From Macrostomum lignano (lineage: Eukaryota), in contig NIVC01000527.1 in NCBI GenBank assembly GCA_002269645.1, forward strand, positions 416,257 to 480,256: DNA of 64,000 nucleotides. Direction: 5' to 3'. The notes below the pieces were generated by a model that did no database searches, was not told the DNA's origin, and worked only from the letters and a program-made list of their open reading frames with translations. A program made the translations under genes and the position numbers. This document shows, in pieces, positions 44,404 to 58,900 of this stretch. Each line of letters opens with the position of its first letter. Position 1 is the first letter of the stretch.

Positions 44404-45815
44404 TTTAAGCGAGAATTGAGATGTAAAATTGGACACTACTGAATCAAGCGTACACAAGAGACATTGTTACTAGCTCGTACTACTGCATGGATTGCAAAAG
44501 GATCTATTTTTAATTCATTTCACTCGCTCTAGAAAAGGAAAAAGAAATTGTGGTGAATCTTGAGTGGAGCTGACATTATATATTAGAGTTTTGATGGCGC
44601 ACCTGCCCATGGGTATCTTTGTATTGATGAGGTGGCACTGATTGGTCGATCTAACCTGCAGTGCAAAGTACGTGTCGCGTGCAACTAAAGTAGGACGCTA
44701 AACGCAATCCGTGCGAATTTCCGTTTTCTAGCACGAATTTGTCAATACCGGAATTCCAAATTAAGCAAGCATGTGTTGTGTCCGAGGTGCGCTCACAAGT
44801 TTAGCAACCTGTTTTTACCATGCAATAAAGCAAAAGTTCCGGCGGAACCTCAGCTACTCTTGTCTCTTTTGCTCGAACGAATGTGTCTATGGCAACACCT
44901 CATTTGCAGAAAAAGCAAATCCCTGCGAAATCCGTTTAGAACGCGCAACTGTGTTTTGAGTATTGTCGCTCTCCAACAATTTTTTTTTTCCAAACTCTTG
45001 CTTCACAAGCTTGTGAGCTTGATTCGGAGATCGGTGAGGCATTGGGAATTTTACGATTTGCGATACATGCACTTTAGTTGGTCATGGTCTAGAGATTTAG
45101 AAGCTCCGTTCTTAATTCCCGTCTTTTTGGATCCTTTTATAATTAGCTTTCGCCAGAATCAAAATTTTTTGTAATAATGGAAGTTTTTAACCAGTCGCCA
45201 TTTATATTTGAAACCAAATCAATGCGTCATTCCATTTGCAATCTTCGAATATTTATTGGTGAAAATTACCAGTTACTCTTTTTTTATACAATGCCTTATC
45301 CAAGAAAAAGATGCGCTTTTTATTTAAAGCTAAGTTTTGTATATTTAGTTGGCAGTTGGCACCAAACAGGAAATAAGCTTGTTAGGCTTAAATTTTTTAC
45401 GTTTGTTTTTTTATCACCGCTGCACAAAACAGTGTTATTATTTCCGGTGTGAACTAATTAAGTAGCTAAATATGGAACGAGCCTTGTTGTTTCTTATTTT
45501 TGAGATTGGGGTAAAATTAATGAATATAATAAAAGTCGACTACATTTTTGTTAAACTCCACTGACCCCAACTCACACCTTTAAATAAACTCTTATTGTTT
45601 AAAAATTCAAATCAATTTCAAAACAAGCAGTTTTGTTATAAACGCATTTAGAATAATAACCTGTGATATTTTCAAGCTACTATAGTATAACCGATCAATT
45701 GCATGATTACAGAGTAATGTTTCACAACATGCACACACAGTTTAGTTTCAAATTTAAACCCCAATTGAGAGTCAAGCAAGGATTTAATCAAAGCCAAAAG
45801 TTCAGTCAACGCCAG

Positions 45816-46855
45816 CTACTGCTGCTTGAAGAAGGACGACTGCGATTGGCCGAAGAAACCGGACTGCTTGCTGGCCGAGCGGGACGGCGCAAAGCCGAGA
45901 AGTTTTTGAACGTTCTGCAAATTTTAAACGTTGATGCAGCATAATGGCTATTTTTTCAATGTCGCATGCAAATGATTCAATTTTATAAAACACACACTAG
46001 AGTCTCAGAGTCTATCTGAGGCGTGCTGGAGTCGCTGTAGAATCACTGAGTTGCGTCTAAAGCACATCTGCGCCACTTTTTAAATTAGAATCGCGTTTCG
46101 CATTTATAACAACTATTTAGTCTACTTGAGTTAGTAGAAAGTTAAGCGCAAACACGACTCTCACGACTCTACAACTCACAGGTGATGCGCTCGTGACTCA
46201 ACAATCGCCTCTCCGTTGCATTACAGTACAGTTGTTTGCAACGACTTTTAGTGATTCTTGTCACGGTAACAATTTCAATGGGTGGCTCAAGGTACCGAAG
46301 ATCTGTGAGGCTGATAATTACCAAGAAGCCCTCTGGAGTTGACGCATTTTGTTAACGTTTATAAGGTTGGATTTAGATCTAATTTGCACTCACCTGTCGC
46401 ACGGACATGGTGCAGATGACGTACAAGAAAGTAAAGGAGCAGTCGCTATAGTCCTCTCCTAGGAGGTTCCGATGCGAGATGCCCTGCAGAAGGGACACTG
46501 GCACAAATGGCAGCTTGGCAACCACTCGACCGTCAAAAATAGAGTTAAACATGGAGAACAGCGCCGTGAACACTAAGAATATTGCCAGCATAGATTTCAT
46601 GTTAACAAAAGACAAGTCGCGATTGAAGCTTTTCAATCTTTCCTCCTGTTTCTCCAGCTTGCGCTTGGCGCTCTTGTCGCTAAGATCGGCGGCGCTGGTG
46701 TCTTTGCGCTTCTCCAGCCGGCGGCTCTGCTTATCAACTTCATCTCGGAGCTTTTTATACTTCTCGGTACGATAGACCAGAAGCCAGGTGAGGCCTTCGC
46801 CTAAGAAAGCTGTGAACACGGCCACAAACAGAATTACTAGGGTGGACTCCAGCAT
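45816..46855 (-). CDS. TMCO1: TMCO1 (ER Oxa1-superfamily, DUF106), 186 aa, 2 exons
   Basis: Exon 1 46855-46394 (EGLTWLLVYRTEKYKKL...SIFDGRVVAKLPFVP...SHRNLLGEDYSDCSFTFLYVICTMSVRQ|gtgagt); exon 2 45914-45816 (NVQKLLGFAPSRSASKQ...*). Confidence 0.95.
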
Positions 46856-49394
46856 GGCGACTGTGCAAGCATGGGAATTGATGGAAAAAGTATTATAATA
46901 ATTCTTTATTCATGAATTTATCTATAACAATTTTTTAAACAATAAAGACTCAAGTAAAAAAGACTAAACTCATTGGAAATTAGGACAGGATTGCTGGTGT
47001 CTAAGGTTGTTAGACAAGTTTGAATAAGGATATAATATGAAATATATATAAAACATAATTTTATGAAAAATGATATATACAAAGGATCTAATAAAAAAGT
47101 TATAAATTCTATTTGTTAGGAATTTAAGGGCATTTGTTACATGTGCTTAGAAATAATAATGATAGAAATATAATATTTATACTATCTAACTTTCCTAGAT
47201 TTAACCCATGAAAATTCTGGTCTTAACATAGTGCCCAAAATATCCCCCAATAAGAATAAAGGTATAAGACCAAGACTATCATACTTGGAAGAGTCAAGGG
47301 ATGAATTTGGCTTATAATGTTATTGCATAATATTGGGAAAAGATAAGGGGACAAAAAGAAAGCAGGACAAGGCTTAGGGGTAGATAAGTCTTAGTTATAT
47401 GCTAGGTATAAAATATACTAACTTGTTGAATCCAAAAATGCTAATCCTATTACTCTCTACTAATAGCATAACTAGAAAGGAAAGAGACAACTGCCCTAAC
47501 TTTACCAAATTTTGACAAATTATTTTTTGTTTTTATCTTGAAAGGCAATTTGGACCCCTATTGGAATAAAATTTTAGATCCTATAGATGCATAGCATAGG
47601 TTTATAAACATTATGCTTAGGCATGGCAGATGTTCATTGCAAAATTGTGGCACCATAGCAACTTTTGCCAAGGTGTTGCATATAGCAAACTTTCACTTTT
47701 GAAATGCATTGCACTAAGACAATAAATAATATCAAGATACTATGAAGAACAATTAAAATGTCCAAATGCAAAATGCATAGGGGCCTATGCTAGTCTCTAA
47801 AACAATTTCATGAAGCTCTATGAATATTTTTAAAGGCTTATATTACTATCAAGCAAATTGTACATTATACACCCATTATAGACCCAAAAGCAAATTTTCA
47901 AACCTAAATTTTCATTACTGATTCATTGCATAGTGGCACTAAATATAACAAATTATACTTTATTTTAAAAAAGCAGGGCTTTTTATGAATATATTTAATA
48001 TTAAAAAAATGTAGATTAATATTTAATAGTATTAAATAGCCAAAGAAATGCATCCAGTAACAAAAAAGAGTTCTTTTTTAATAATGATAGCCTAGATGCA
48101 TCACTATCAGGCCTAGTTTATATAGCCGCCTACATTGCTTTCAAAAACTTATTATGTAAAATAGTTATATAGAAAAATTACTTGGATTCAATTTATTTTA
48201 GCTACAAGCTACATTGTCTTTCTACTATAATTCCAATGATTTGAATAACATGCATGTTGGGTTTTTTTGTCATAGGCATGCCATGTCATGTCAAAATAAA
48301 AAACGGCATAATGATTTTGATGCCAAATTGCCAATGCTAAATCCTCAGTTCCAAATTTTAGTTTTGCTTTTAAATTTGTTCAAATACCCTGTCATGTTGT
48401 GCATTGTATATGCCTGCTGCTGTAGTGTTGGTTGCCAAACTGGCAAGCTATTATCACTCCTATCTATCTTTGAATCTGCAAGGAAACACTAATATAGGCT
48501 CACAAATTGCTATTTTATATCTTACGCCAATGGCATGTCGAATTGAAAATGACATAACGATTTTGAATAAAAAAACCTAGTGCATATGAAATAAATATAT
48601 GTAATAACTAATATGTTCTTTGAGATGTTCTTTTTCAGAAAAAAATACAAAACTACAAAAGGATAGGCCAACGCTTAATAATAATATTGCTTTTTTGCAA
48701 AATATTTATCAAACATTCATAAATTAGCAAATTTGTGATGAACGTTAAAATAAAAAAATACATCATATTCATTCATAAATAGCACAGATATTTTAGTGAG
48801 TGCGTCATGTGCGGTTTAACACTTAAATTTACAAGAAAGCAAAAATTCAAATTTTTAATATTTACTACAAGGACCACAGATACTAAATACCATTGCAGAA
48901 GTACTTGCATTTTTAATTGATCGCTTATTGCATATACTGAGTCTTAATTAGATAATTAATTAAACCGATCTGTAAAACTTTCAAACAGGATTTATACCTG
49001 CTCGTATGAAGTCGAACTCTTTTTTGCCAGGATAAGAAGTCACTTCTATATATTATAGGGATGATCTATTGAACGAAAATTGAGGAAACTTGACTAAAAA
49101 GGTCGCTATATATAGATCGTAATACAAACTTTGCTTAAAATTGCCGTCCAGCTCAAAATTGTCAAAACTATTGATATAAATGCTCAACCCGTACAGCAAT
49201 CCGACGTTGGTCGATGTCGGCCGGACGCTCCTCGCGTCTATCGTCGTCTACAGTATGACAAAAAACTTACATTTACACCGATGTTCAGCCGACGTGTATG
49301 ACGTCGTTATCCGATTGCTGTACGGGCAAAGGGGTCACTTGAAGTTCAAGTGAAATGTCAGGAAGTGGCTCAAAGGATACGTAGGTGTTGCTGC

Positions 49395-50040
49395 ATACCG
49401 ATCCGAATCCAATGCACTTGTACTCGTTCATGGACGTGACACGCTTTACTCGCAGTCGGGTGCGCACCGCGGTAAGACGCTAATTTTTTAGTGTAGCCGC
49501 ATCTGATGCGTGCACCAGGATGTCGTCTTGATAAATCAGCAGTCCTTTTGATGTCTGACAAAATCGATTCCATGGTTCTAGAAGATGAACGGGACTTTTT
49601 CATCCCCATTTGCAGCCGGTTTACTCGGTACACACGCGACGTGTTGCAGATGATGGAGAGGTTTCTGGCCGCCTCATCCAGTTCAATTTGCTAGTAGGCA
49701 AAGGTGGGCTAGTAGGCAAAGGTGGGCTAGTAGGCAAAGGCAAAGGTAGGCAAAGGCGAAGGTCGACAGTGGCGAAGACTTTTGCATTTTTAAGCGTGAT
49801 TAAAAGAACGATATTGTTACATTCGGCGATCGGATCGGACTTAATTTTCTCATTCACGTCTCATTCCCTATTTCCCTACTGCAAATGGCGGCCAGAGATA
49901 TAAAAGAGCAGATATATACCACGACCAATGAGCCGGATGCCCCGGACAGGGGGAACAACCAAATTATAATATCCCGGTCCCGCCGAAGCTCGCGAGATTT
50001 GTGCTGTAATTGCTGAAAAGCATTGGCGCTTACTTCCAAA
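49395..50040 (-). pseudogene. Degenerate Gypsy reverse-transcriptase relic
   Basis: Minus-strand fragments KVFATVDL...AY*QIELDEAARNLSII...YRVNRLQMGMK...MESILSDI and, after a frameshift, LIYQDDILVH (49522-49533) and NEYKC. They are collinear with the RT of the intact element at 33-37 kb but carry stops and frameshifts. Confidence 0.8.
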
Positions 50041-50148
50041 CTTGCAACAAATTCGCCGTTTCACCTTGTCAGCTTGTAAGCTCTTTCAGCTCACCGATTA
50101 ACACTCAAACCTCACCAATCCATAACTACAAATGTTTTTTCCTTGAGG

Positions 50149-50355
50149 CCTTGAGGCAAGGAGTTCTATAATTAGAAATCTAGAGTGGAAACGAGTTTTT
50201 TACTTTAACCTCATGAGGCCATGCAGACTGGGCAGAGTCAGATAGAGTCATAGACATTCAGTGCTGGCTCCTTATCTTAACAATTTGCGTGTGAGGTAAA
50301 ACTCGTTTTCATTCCAGAAGACTGCTATAAATTATAAGAGCTCCTTGCCTTGAGG
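50149..50355. mobile_element. MITE-like element with ~65-bp imperfect terminal inverted repeats
   Basis: 50149-50213 (CCTTGAGGCAAGGAG...GAAACGAGTTTT...ACCTCA) is an imperfect reverse complement of 50292-50355 (TGAGGTAAAACTCGTTTTC...CTCCTTGCCTTGAGG). No TSD established. Confidence 0.55.
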
Positions 50356-51735
50356 GGGGACAAGTTGTAATACCGATCCGAATCCAATGCACTTTTATTT
50401 TCAATCGTTGCCCAACCGTTAATTTATAAGCTTCGTATTCGTCTGTGCCCCAAACAGTTGCCGACTCCATTAAGCCCGTCTCGATTTATCCGGTTGTCTC
50501 GGGGTTGTCTCGAGGTGGCCTTAAATCTCGCGCCTCCTCTTGGAAGTATTTTCGTAGCTCGTAGTAGCGTAGGTAGTGCTGCCACCAGTTCCTTCAGGCC
50601 TCGGCCTTCGATGAGGTGAGCTTCCCGTGGGAACGAAATAAACAACTTAAACAAGTCAACGAACTCAGAACCGTGTGCAGATTTGAAGATTAACGAACAA
50701 GGCGTCTGGTCAGCAGATTCCGCCGGGCTCAGTGGGTGGTTGGGGAGGCCGTATTAGCCTCCTTTAGGCTTGGGCGTCTAAGTTTAGTCAGGCCAATAAA
50801 GGAAGAGTTGATTGGACAATACGAGCCCGTAGAACTGTCAGAAAAGGATTGGGGATTTGCAATGCACTATGCAAAATTACTCGTAACTCGTTAGGTCATG
50901 CAGCAATCTGCCTACGCATCTGTGCCGGCCCCTTTAAGTAGTCTAAAAAACTCTCTGAGCAATGGCTACATTTATAATCATTAAAAACGTTCATACAATT
51001 GTTAACAAAATCCAATAAATGAATCACAAATGAAAATTGTATTCAGGCTCTTGAAGCTGCCTGTCTTCAACTGTCTGACTGCATGTAATTATGCTTGTCT
51101 GCCAGCTGTGTCTGTCAGTCAGCTAGCTCAATTACAAATTTTGCACAGCACAGCTTTATGAAAAATTAAAATCTCCCCAGGTAACAACTACACTGTAAAC
51201 GAGCTAGCTCGAAATTCTTACCGATGATGCTCACAATGACTCCGTAAAAGTGTCCTGTGCAGCCCTGTAGGGCCTCAGCCAATAACTGTCTGTTACCTAT
51301 CTGTCCTAATTAGGCCCTATGCCTGCAATAAAATTTCTTCGTGCCAGCTTGTCACGCGCATAAAATATTGACGCGGAAATTGCCTTCGGCTGGCTGCGTG
51401 CGCCTGCCAAATTAAAATCAAAATTCAATCAAAGACGCGACGAGGTCGCGCACCTGCAGAGCTTCAATCTTCGTAAATTTTGTCAATCAATAATATTTCA
51501 TTTTAAGTCCATCTAATCTAGAAGGCATTTCAATTTTTTATTTGCTAACCTATAGTCAATAAAAGTTTTTTACAAACAATTCATTGGATTTGTAGAACAC
51601 AATCAGAAAGCTTAAAATAGGCTTCAATTCGGAGTGAATGGATGAACGAAAAGAACGGATGTGCTAATCGCTCGAGCATGTACGTAATGGAGGCCAATGG
51701 AGGCTTTCATTATTACATGGAGGCTACGAATAAAA

Positions 51736-52514
51736 TGGATTGCTAATCTATAGCCATCACGGATGAAGGAATAGAATGGATTGCTAATCTATGGTCTACA
51801 GATACGATTAGAATATTGGATTGCTAATCTATGGTCTACAGATGCGATTAGAATATTGGATTGCTAATCTATGGTCTACAGATGCGATTAGAATATTGGA
51901 TTGCTAATCTATGGTCTACAGATGCGATTAGAATATTGGATTGCTAATCTATGGTCTACAGATACGATTAGAATATTGGATTGCTAATCTATGATCTACA
52001 GAAACAATGGGAATATTGGATTGCTAATCTATGGTCTACAGATACAATGGGAATATTGGATTGCTAATCTATGGTCTACAGATGCGATTAGAATATTGGA
52101 TTGCTAATCTATGGCCTACAGATACGATTAGAATACTGGATTGCTAATCTATGGTCTACAGAAACAATGGGAATACTGGATTGCTAATCTATGGTCTACA
52201 GATACAATGGGAATATTGGATTGCTAATCTATGGTCTACAGATGCGATTAGAATATTGGATTGCTAATCTATGGTCTTCAGTTACGATTAGAATATTGGA
52301 TTGCTAATCTATGGTCTACAGATGCGATTAGAATATTGGATTGCTAATCTATGGTCTACAGATGCGATTAGAATACTGGATTGCTAATCTATGGCCTACG
52401 GATACGATTAGAATATTGGATTGCTAATCTATGGTCTAGAGATACGATTAGAATATTGGATTGCTAATCTATGGTCTACAGATACGATTAGAATACTGGA
52501 TTGCTAATCTATGG
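51736..52514. repeat. Minisatellite, 40-bp unit TTGCTAATCTATGGTCTACAGATGCGATTAGAATATTGGA, ~19 copies
   Basis: Period 40, upstream of the GPCR. Confidence 0.95.
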
Positions 52515-52991
52515 CTGCAGGAGCAGTACAAGTCAGTTCAGACTATGAGACTAAATCCCTCGATCGGCTTAGCCAAAATTCGTCTCCCCAAACAGAGCCC
52601 ACGCGGCTCCCAGCGGAGCACCCGGGCGGTTGCGACGACAGTCCCTGGGCGGATGAGCGACGGCGCTGAGCCGGTGTTCCTCGCACTAAATTTCTAATCG
52701 AGCGAGTCTGCTCCGAACTGATTATTGCCGTCTCAAATTCGTCAACTTCCCTCTTACCCCGCCTCCCAGCGGAACTGCTCGAGTCAGAGATTTTTTCAAA
52801 GCAACACAAGCGGCCGAGTCGAGCTCGAAGGACCGAGCTGCCGCCCCGAGTCGGCCGGCCCCGATTGGACAAGCGCGACCTGAGTAGAGTAGATACTTAC
52901 ATGTATATAGAGGCTCATCTAGAGTTATTAAAGGAAAATTAGAAAGCAAAGCAAACCATACAGCTAGATAGCGCCAGAGCTAATAGAAGCA

Positions 52992-55900
52992 ATGCTGGAG
53001 CAAAGGCCCATCACCGGCAGCAACGCTACACTTGATGCAGCACCGGAGGCTGGCCCGCAGCAGCAGCAGGGCAGCCAGTACTACGATGTACCAATCCGAG
53101 CCTTCGTCACGATGGTCGCCTCGGCCGCCCTGCTGATTGGTGTGGCCGGAAACGCCCTGGTGGTGGCGGTGGTGCTCCGAGTCCGCAGCAGGCTGCTGAC
53201 GCCAACCAACTGCTACCTGGTGTCGCTGGCCGCGTCCGACCTGCTGGTGCTCCTGCTCGGCTCCGTCACCATTCTGGTAGAGCTCAACGTTGTCCGCGAC
53301 AACTGGCTGCTGCTCGGCGTGCCCGGCTGCAAGCTGAACGTCTACCTGACCTACGTGGCCGTGAAGACCAGCGCCTTCGCCATCACGGCCTTCTCCATCG
53401 AGCGCTACGTGGCCATCTGCCGGCCGATGCGGGCGCACGCCCTGTGCACCGTGCGCCGGGCCAAGCGGATCATCTGCGCCATCTGGCTGTGCGGCCTCGC
53501 CTACAACTCGCCCTGGCTCTACCTGGCCACTCTGGTACCGGTACGGCGGCTCAACGACACCGTGTCCGCCTGCGGCCATCGGCTGAACCGGACAGATCCC
53601 GGATACGCCGCTCTGTACGTTGGCGACCTGCTGCTGTCCTACCTGGCGCCGCTGGTGCTGCTCAGCGTGCTGTACACCGCCGTGGCCAGAGTGCTGTTCC
53701 GATCGTCAGCTCCAAGCGCCGAGTCCGGCCAGCCGATGCGGCCGCTCCGCACCTTCAACACGGCCAGGTCGTTGCGCAGTCGCGCCCAGGTGAGGATCAT
53801 CCTGAGTTTGGCAAAGCTGGGCTGTACCTGATTCCGCTGTACAGCCGCTGCTCCCTCAGTGTCCTTCAGTGATGCCGCTGCTCCCTCAGTGTCCTTCAGT
53901 GATGCCGCTGCTCCCTCAGTGTCCTTCAGTGATGCCGCTGCTCCCTCAGTGTCCTTCAGTGATGCCGCTGCTCCCTCAGTGTCCTTCAGTGATGCCGCTG
54001 CTCCCTCAGTGTCCTTCAGTGATGCCGCTGCTCCCTCAGTGTCCTTCAGTGATGCCGCTGCTCCCTCAGTGTCCTTCAGTGATGCCGCTGCTCCCTCAGT
54101 GTCCTTCAGTGATGCCGCTGCTCCCTCAGTGTCCTTCAGTGATGCCGCTGCTCCCTCAGTGTCCTTCATTGGGTAGAAAAACATCCAAAACAGACTCATT
54201 TGAATGTACTTTTAACCATCAAAACAACAAGGCTGAGTCCAATTCAAATAAACTTGTTCAATATTGATACTTTTTTCGTGGAAATTTCTAAGAAAATGTA
54301 GCATTCTGAAGTCTCTCATATCTGTTGGACAGCGCAAAAAATTGGTCACAGATTTCTGGAGGTCAGGATCTCCAATTCATCCATTTGAGAGTGTTTGCCC
54401 AGGCATTTCTCTCGGCAGCTGCCACCGGGAAACTGTGGGGTTTACCAGGGACTCAGTCAGGGAAACTGAAGCCAAGACTGGCCCTTTTCCGGTGGGTGCG
54501 AGCGCCCTCAGTCGGGACTGGCATGCCGGGAGTCATATGCTATTCAGAGTGTCTGCTCTGCTCCGCATCGCCTGAAATATTCACGCCGAACAGAGGGGGA
54601 AGAGGATTTCTTTCACGATGCTCCTGTTCGCAAAAATATGTTAATTATTGACAATCACATCGACATCAGCCTGCTGGTAGATTCTCCAGCCTCTTTACCC
54701 CTCTCTTGGTTTCATTCCTGACTTGCTTGATAGATTAACATCTCCAATGAATTCCTTAATTCCCTCTGATTCCCCCAATTCCCTCCCTCTGATTCCCCTA
54801 ATTCCCTCCCTCTGATTCCCCTAATTCCCTCCCTCTGATTCCCCTAATTCCCTCCCTCTGATTCCCCCAATTCCCTCCCTCTGATTCCCCCAATTCCCTC
54901 CCTCTGATTCCCCTAATTCCCTCCCTCTGATTCCCCTAATTCCCTCCCTCTGATTCCATCAATTCCCTCCCTCTGATTCCCCCAATTCCCTCCCTCTGAT
55001 TCCCCCAATTCTCTCCCTCTGATTCCCCCAATTCCCTCCCTCTGATTCCCCCAATTCTCTCCCTCTGATGCCCCCAATTCCCTCCCTCTGATTCCCCTGA
55101 TTCCCTCCCTCTGATTCCCCCGATTCCCTCAATCTGATTCCCCCGATTCCCTCAATCTGATTCCCCCAACTCCCTCACTCTGATTCCCCCGATTCCCTCG
55201 ATCTGATTCCCTTGACTCCCTCACTCTGATTCCCCCGATTATCTCACTCTGATTCCCCCAATTCCCTCCCCCAGATTCCCCCCATTCCCTCCCTCTGAAT
55301 CCCCCGATTCCCTCCCTTTGATTCCCCCAATTCCCTTCCTCTGATCCCTAATTCCCTCCCTATGATTCCCCAGATTTCCTCCCCCTGAATTCCCCGATTC
55401 CCTCTTGGGTAGCACCAGCTGCTCCCTCACTCCCCCCTCGCAGCCTCGATCTCCCACCCCCTGTTTGCACTGCCCAGCTGCGTCACAGAACATTGGGCCA
55501 TGGAAGGCTCCGATAAGACGTTCTGGAGTCGGGGTGACTCAAGGAAGATGGCAAACTGCCGAGCTTTGCAGCAACCTGTAATCGGATTTTCGAATTTGTT
55601 CACATTGCAGCAAGCGCTTGCACTTTTGTCCAAATATTTGTGCATGCATACGCGCTAGGCAGGCATGAGTTTGTGCAGTTGAACTTCCTGTAGCCTACGA
55701 TCCCTAGCAACTGCTTCAACTCGAACTGCGGTTCCAGCTCGGCAGGTGCTGCTCAGACACTCCGACTGACAGGGCCAGTCATAAATAAATATTTTCATAA
55801 AGCATAGCGGTACTCCACAGCCGCTTTTCCTGCCATTGCGGCTGTCTAGATAGTAACCTGTCTAACAGTCGATTCCCTGTGTCTAACACTTGATTCCCTG

Positions 55901-58900
55901 TGTCTAACAGTTAATTCCCTGTGTCTAACACTTGATTCCCTGTGTCTAACAGTTGATTCCCTGTGTCTAACAGTCGATTCCCTGTGTCTAACAGTTGATT
56001 CTGTGTGTCTAACACTTGATTCCCGGTGTCTAACAGTTGATTCCCTGTGTCTAACACTTGATTCCCGGTGTCTAACAGTTGATTCTCTGTGTCTAACACT
56101 TAATTCCCTGTGTCTAAAAGTCGATTCCCGGTGTCTAACAGTTGATTCCCTGTGTCTAACAGTTGATTCCCTGTGTCTATCAGTTGATTCTGTGTGTCTA
56201 ACACTTGATTCCCTGTGTCTAACACTTGATTCCCTGTGTCTAACAGTTAACCCCCTGTCTAACACTTGATTCCCTGTGTCTAACAGTCGATTCCCTGTGT
56301 CTAATAGTTGATTCCCGGTGTCTAACACTTGATTCCCGGTGTCTAACAGTTGATTCCCTGTGTCTAACAGTTGATTCCCTGTGTCTAACAGTTGATTCCC
56401 TGTGTCTAACAGTTGATTCCCTGTGTCTAACAGTTGATTCCCTGTGTCTAACAGTTGATTCCCTGTGTCTAACAGTTGATTCCCTGTGTCTAACAGTCGA
56501 TTCCCTGTGTCTAACAGTTGATTCTGTGTGTCTAACAGTTGATTCCCTGTGTCTTACAGTTGATTCCCTGTGTCTAACAGTTGATTCCCTGTGTCTAACA
56601 CTTGATTCCCTGTGTCTAACAGTTAACCCCCTGTCTAACACTTGATTCCCTGTGTCTAAAAGTCGATTCCCGGTGTCTAACAGTTGATTCCCTGTGTCTA
56701 ACAGTTGATTCTGTGTGTCTAACAGTTGATTCCCTGTGTCTAACACTTGATTCCCTGTGTCTAACACTTGATTCCCTGTGTCTAACAGTTAATTCCCTGT
56801 GTCTAACAGTTGATTCTGTGTGTCTAACACTTGATTCCCTGTGTCTAACAGTTGATTCCCTGTGTCTAACAGTTGATTCCCTGTGTCTAACAGTCGATTC
56901 CCTGTGTCTAACAGTTGATTCTCTGTGTCTAACAGTTGATTCCCTGTGTCTAACAGTTGATTCCCTGTGTCTAACAGTTGATTCTGTGTGTCTAACAGTT
57001 GATTCTCTGTGTCTAACAGTCGATTCCCTGTGTCTAACAGTTGATTCTGTGTGTCTAACACTTGATTCCCTGTGTCTAACACTTGATTCCCTGTGTCTAA
57101 CACTTGATTCCCTGTGTCTAACAGTTGATTCCCTGTGTCTAACAGTTAACCCCCTGTCTAACACTTGATTCCCTGTGTCTAACAGTTGATTCCCTGTGTC
57201 TAACACTTGATTCCCTGTGTCTAACAGTTGATTCTGTGTGTCTAACACTTGATTCCCTGTGTCTAACAGTTGATTCCCTGTGTCTAACAGTTAACCCCCT
57301 GTCTAACACTTGATTCCCTGTGTCTAACAGTTGATTGCCTGTGTCTAACAGTTGATTCCCTGTGTCTAACACTTGATTCCCTGTGTCTAACAGTTGATTC
57401 TGTGTGTCTAACAGTTGATTCCCTGTGTCTAACAGTTAACCCCCTGTCTAACACTTGATTCCCTGTGTCTAACACTTGATTCCCTGTGTCTAACAGTTGA
57501 TTCCCTGTCTAACACTTGATTCCCCTGTGTAAAAGTTAATTCGCATGTTCAGTTGATCTCCTATGTAACAACATTTTATCCCATTTCCCAAGCGATTTCG
57601 AATTTTGTAAACAAATCTGATCCTTTTTGATTTTGCTGTTTCTTAGAAATCGGACACTGGGCGCAGGCTTGATGGGCAAACATCATTAGTGCTTCTCTCC
57701 CGTTTGTGTCATGCAGTGGCGGATCTAGGATTCCTTTCGGTGGGGACGGACAGGCAGACAAAGGGCGCACTACTGCTAGAGGGGCGCCATATGCACCTAG
57801 CACCTTAGTCCTTAGCTATATTCTTCTCAATGTCCTTTGTGATAATTATTGACATGCGAAGCAATATAAATTAAATGGCTAATTGACTTTACACAAAATG
57901 TAAATTTCTTGCTGTGTGGTAGTTTAAGTTTGTCATTTAGCTGCAATGAAAGTAGCCCTAAGGCCTAGGCGTGTAGCAAATCGGAAAAATGATTAAATAG
58001 CTAAGTCTCAAGTGATGTGTTTAGCACTACTTGAATGTCAGCCAGAAAGACATATTGTCATATTGACTATAAAATGTGAATAGTTAGCTTTATTAAAAGG
58101 TGCAATTGCGCGCAATGCAAGCTTTATTGACCAGTTGTTAACTTAGCTAGCTTTATAAAAAATTCACGCGCAGCTCGTAGTGATAGCTAGTTGTGATAGC
58201 TAGCAAGTGATAGCTAGTTGTGATAGCTAGCAAGTGATAGCTAGTTGTGATAGTAGCAAGTGATAGCTAGTTGTGATAGCTAGCAAGTGATAGCTAGTTG
58301 TGATAGCTAGCAAGTGATGGCTAGTTGTGATAGCTAGCAAGTGATAGCTAGTTGTGATAGCTAGCAAGTGATAGCTAGTTGTGATAGCTAGCAAGTGATA
58401 GCTAGTTGTGATAGCTAGCAAGTGATAGCTAGTTGTGATAGCTAGCAAGTGATAGCTAGTTGTGATAGCTAGCAAGTGATAGCTAGTTGTGATAGCTAGC
58501 AAGTGATGGCTAGTTGTGATAGCTAGCAAGTGATAGCTAGTTGTGATAGCTAGCAAGTGATAGCTAGTTGTGATAGCTAGCAAGTGATAGCTAGTTGTGA
58601 TAGCTAGCAAGTGATAGCTAGTTGTGATAGCTAGCAAGTGATAGCTAGTTGTGATAGCTAGCAAGTGATAGCTAGTTGTGATAGCTAGCAAGTGATAGCT
58701 AGTTGTGATAGCTAGCAAGTGATAGCTAGTTGTGATAGCTAGCAAGTGATAGCTAGTTGTGATAGCTAGCAAGTGATGGCTAGTTGTGATAGCTAGCAAG
58801 TGATAGCTAGTTGTGATAGCTAGCAAGTGATAGCTAGTTGTGATAGCTAGCAAGTGATAGCTAGTTGTGATAGCTAGCAAGTGATAGCTAGTTGTGATAG

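Noticed and set aside
45663-45944. 93-aa plus-strand ORF
   Set aside because: It is antisense to TMCO1 exon 2, which explains the composition.
55640-55740. Minus-strand ELKQLLGIVGYRKF, resembling the Gypsy RT/RNase H junction
   Set aside because: The match is too short and flanking residues do not continue the homology.
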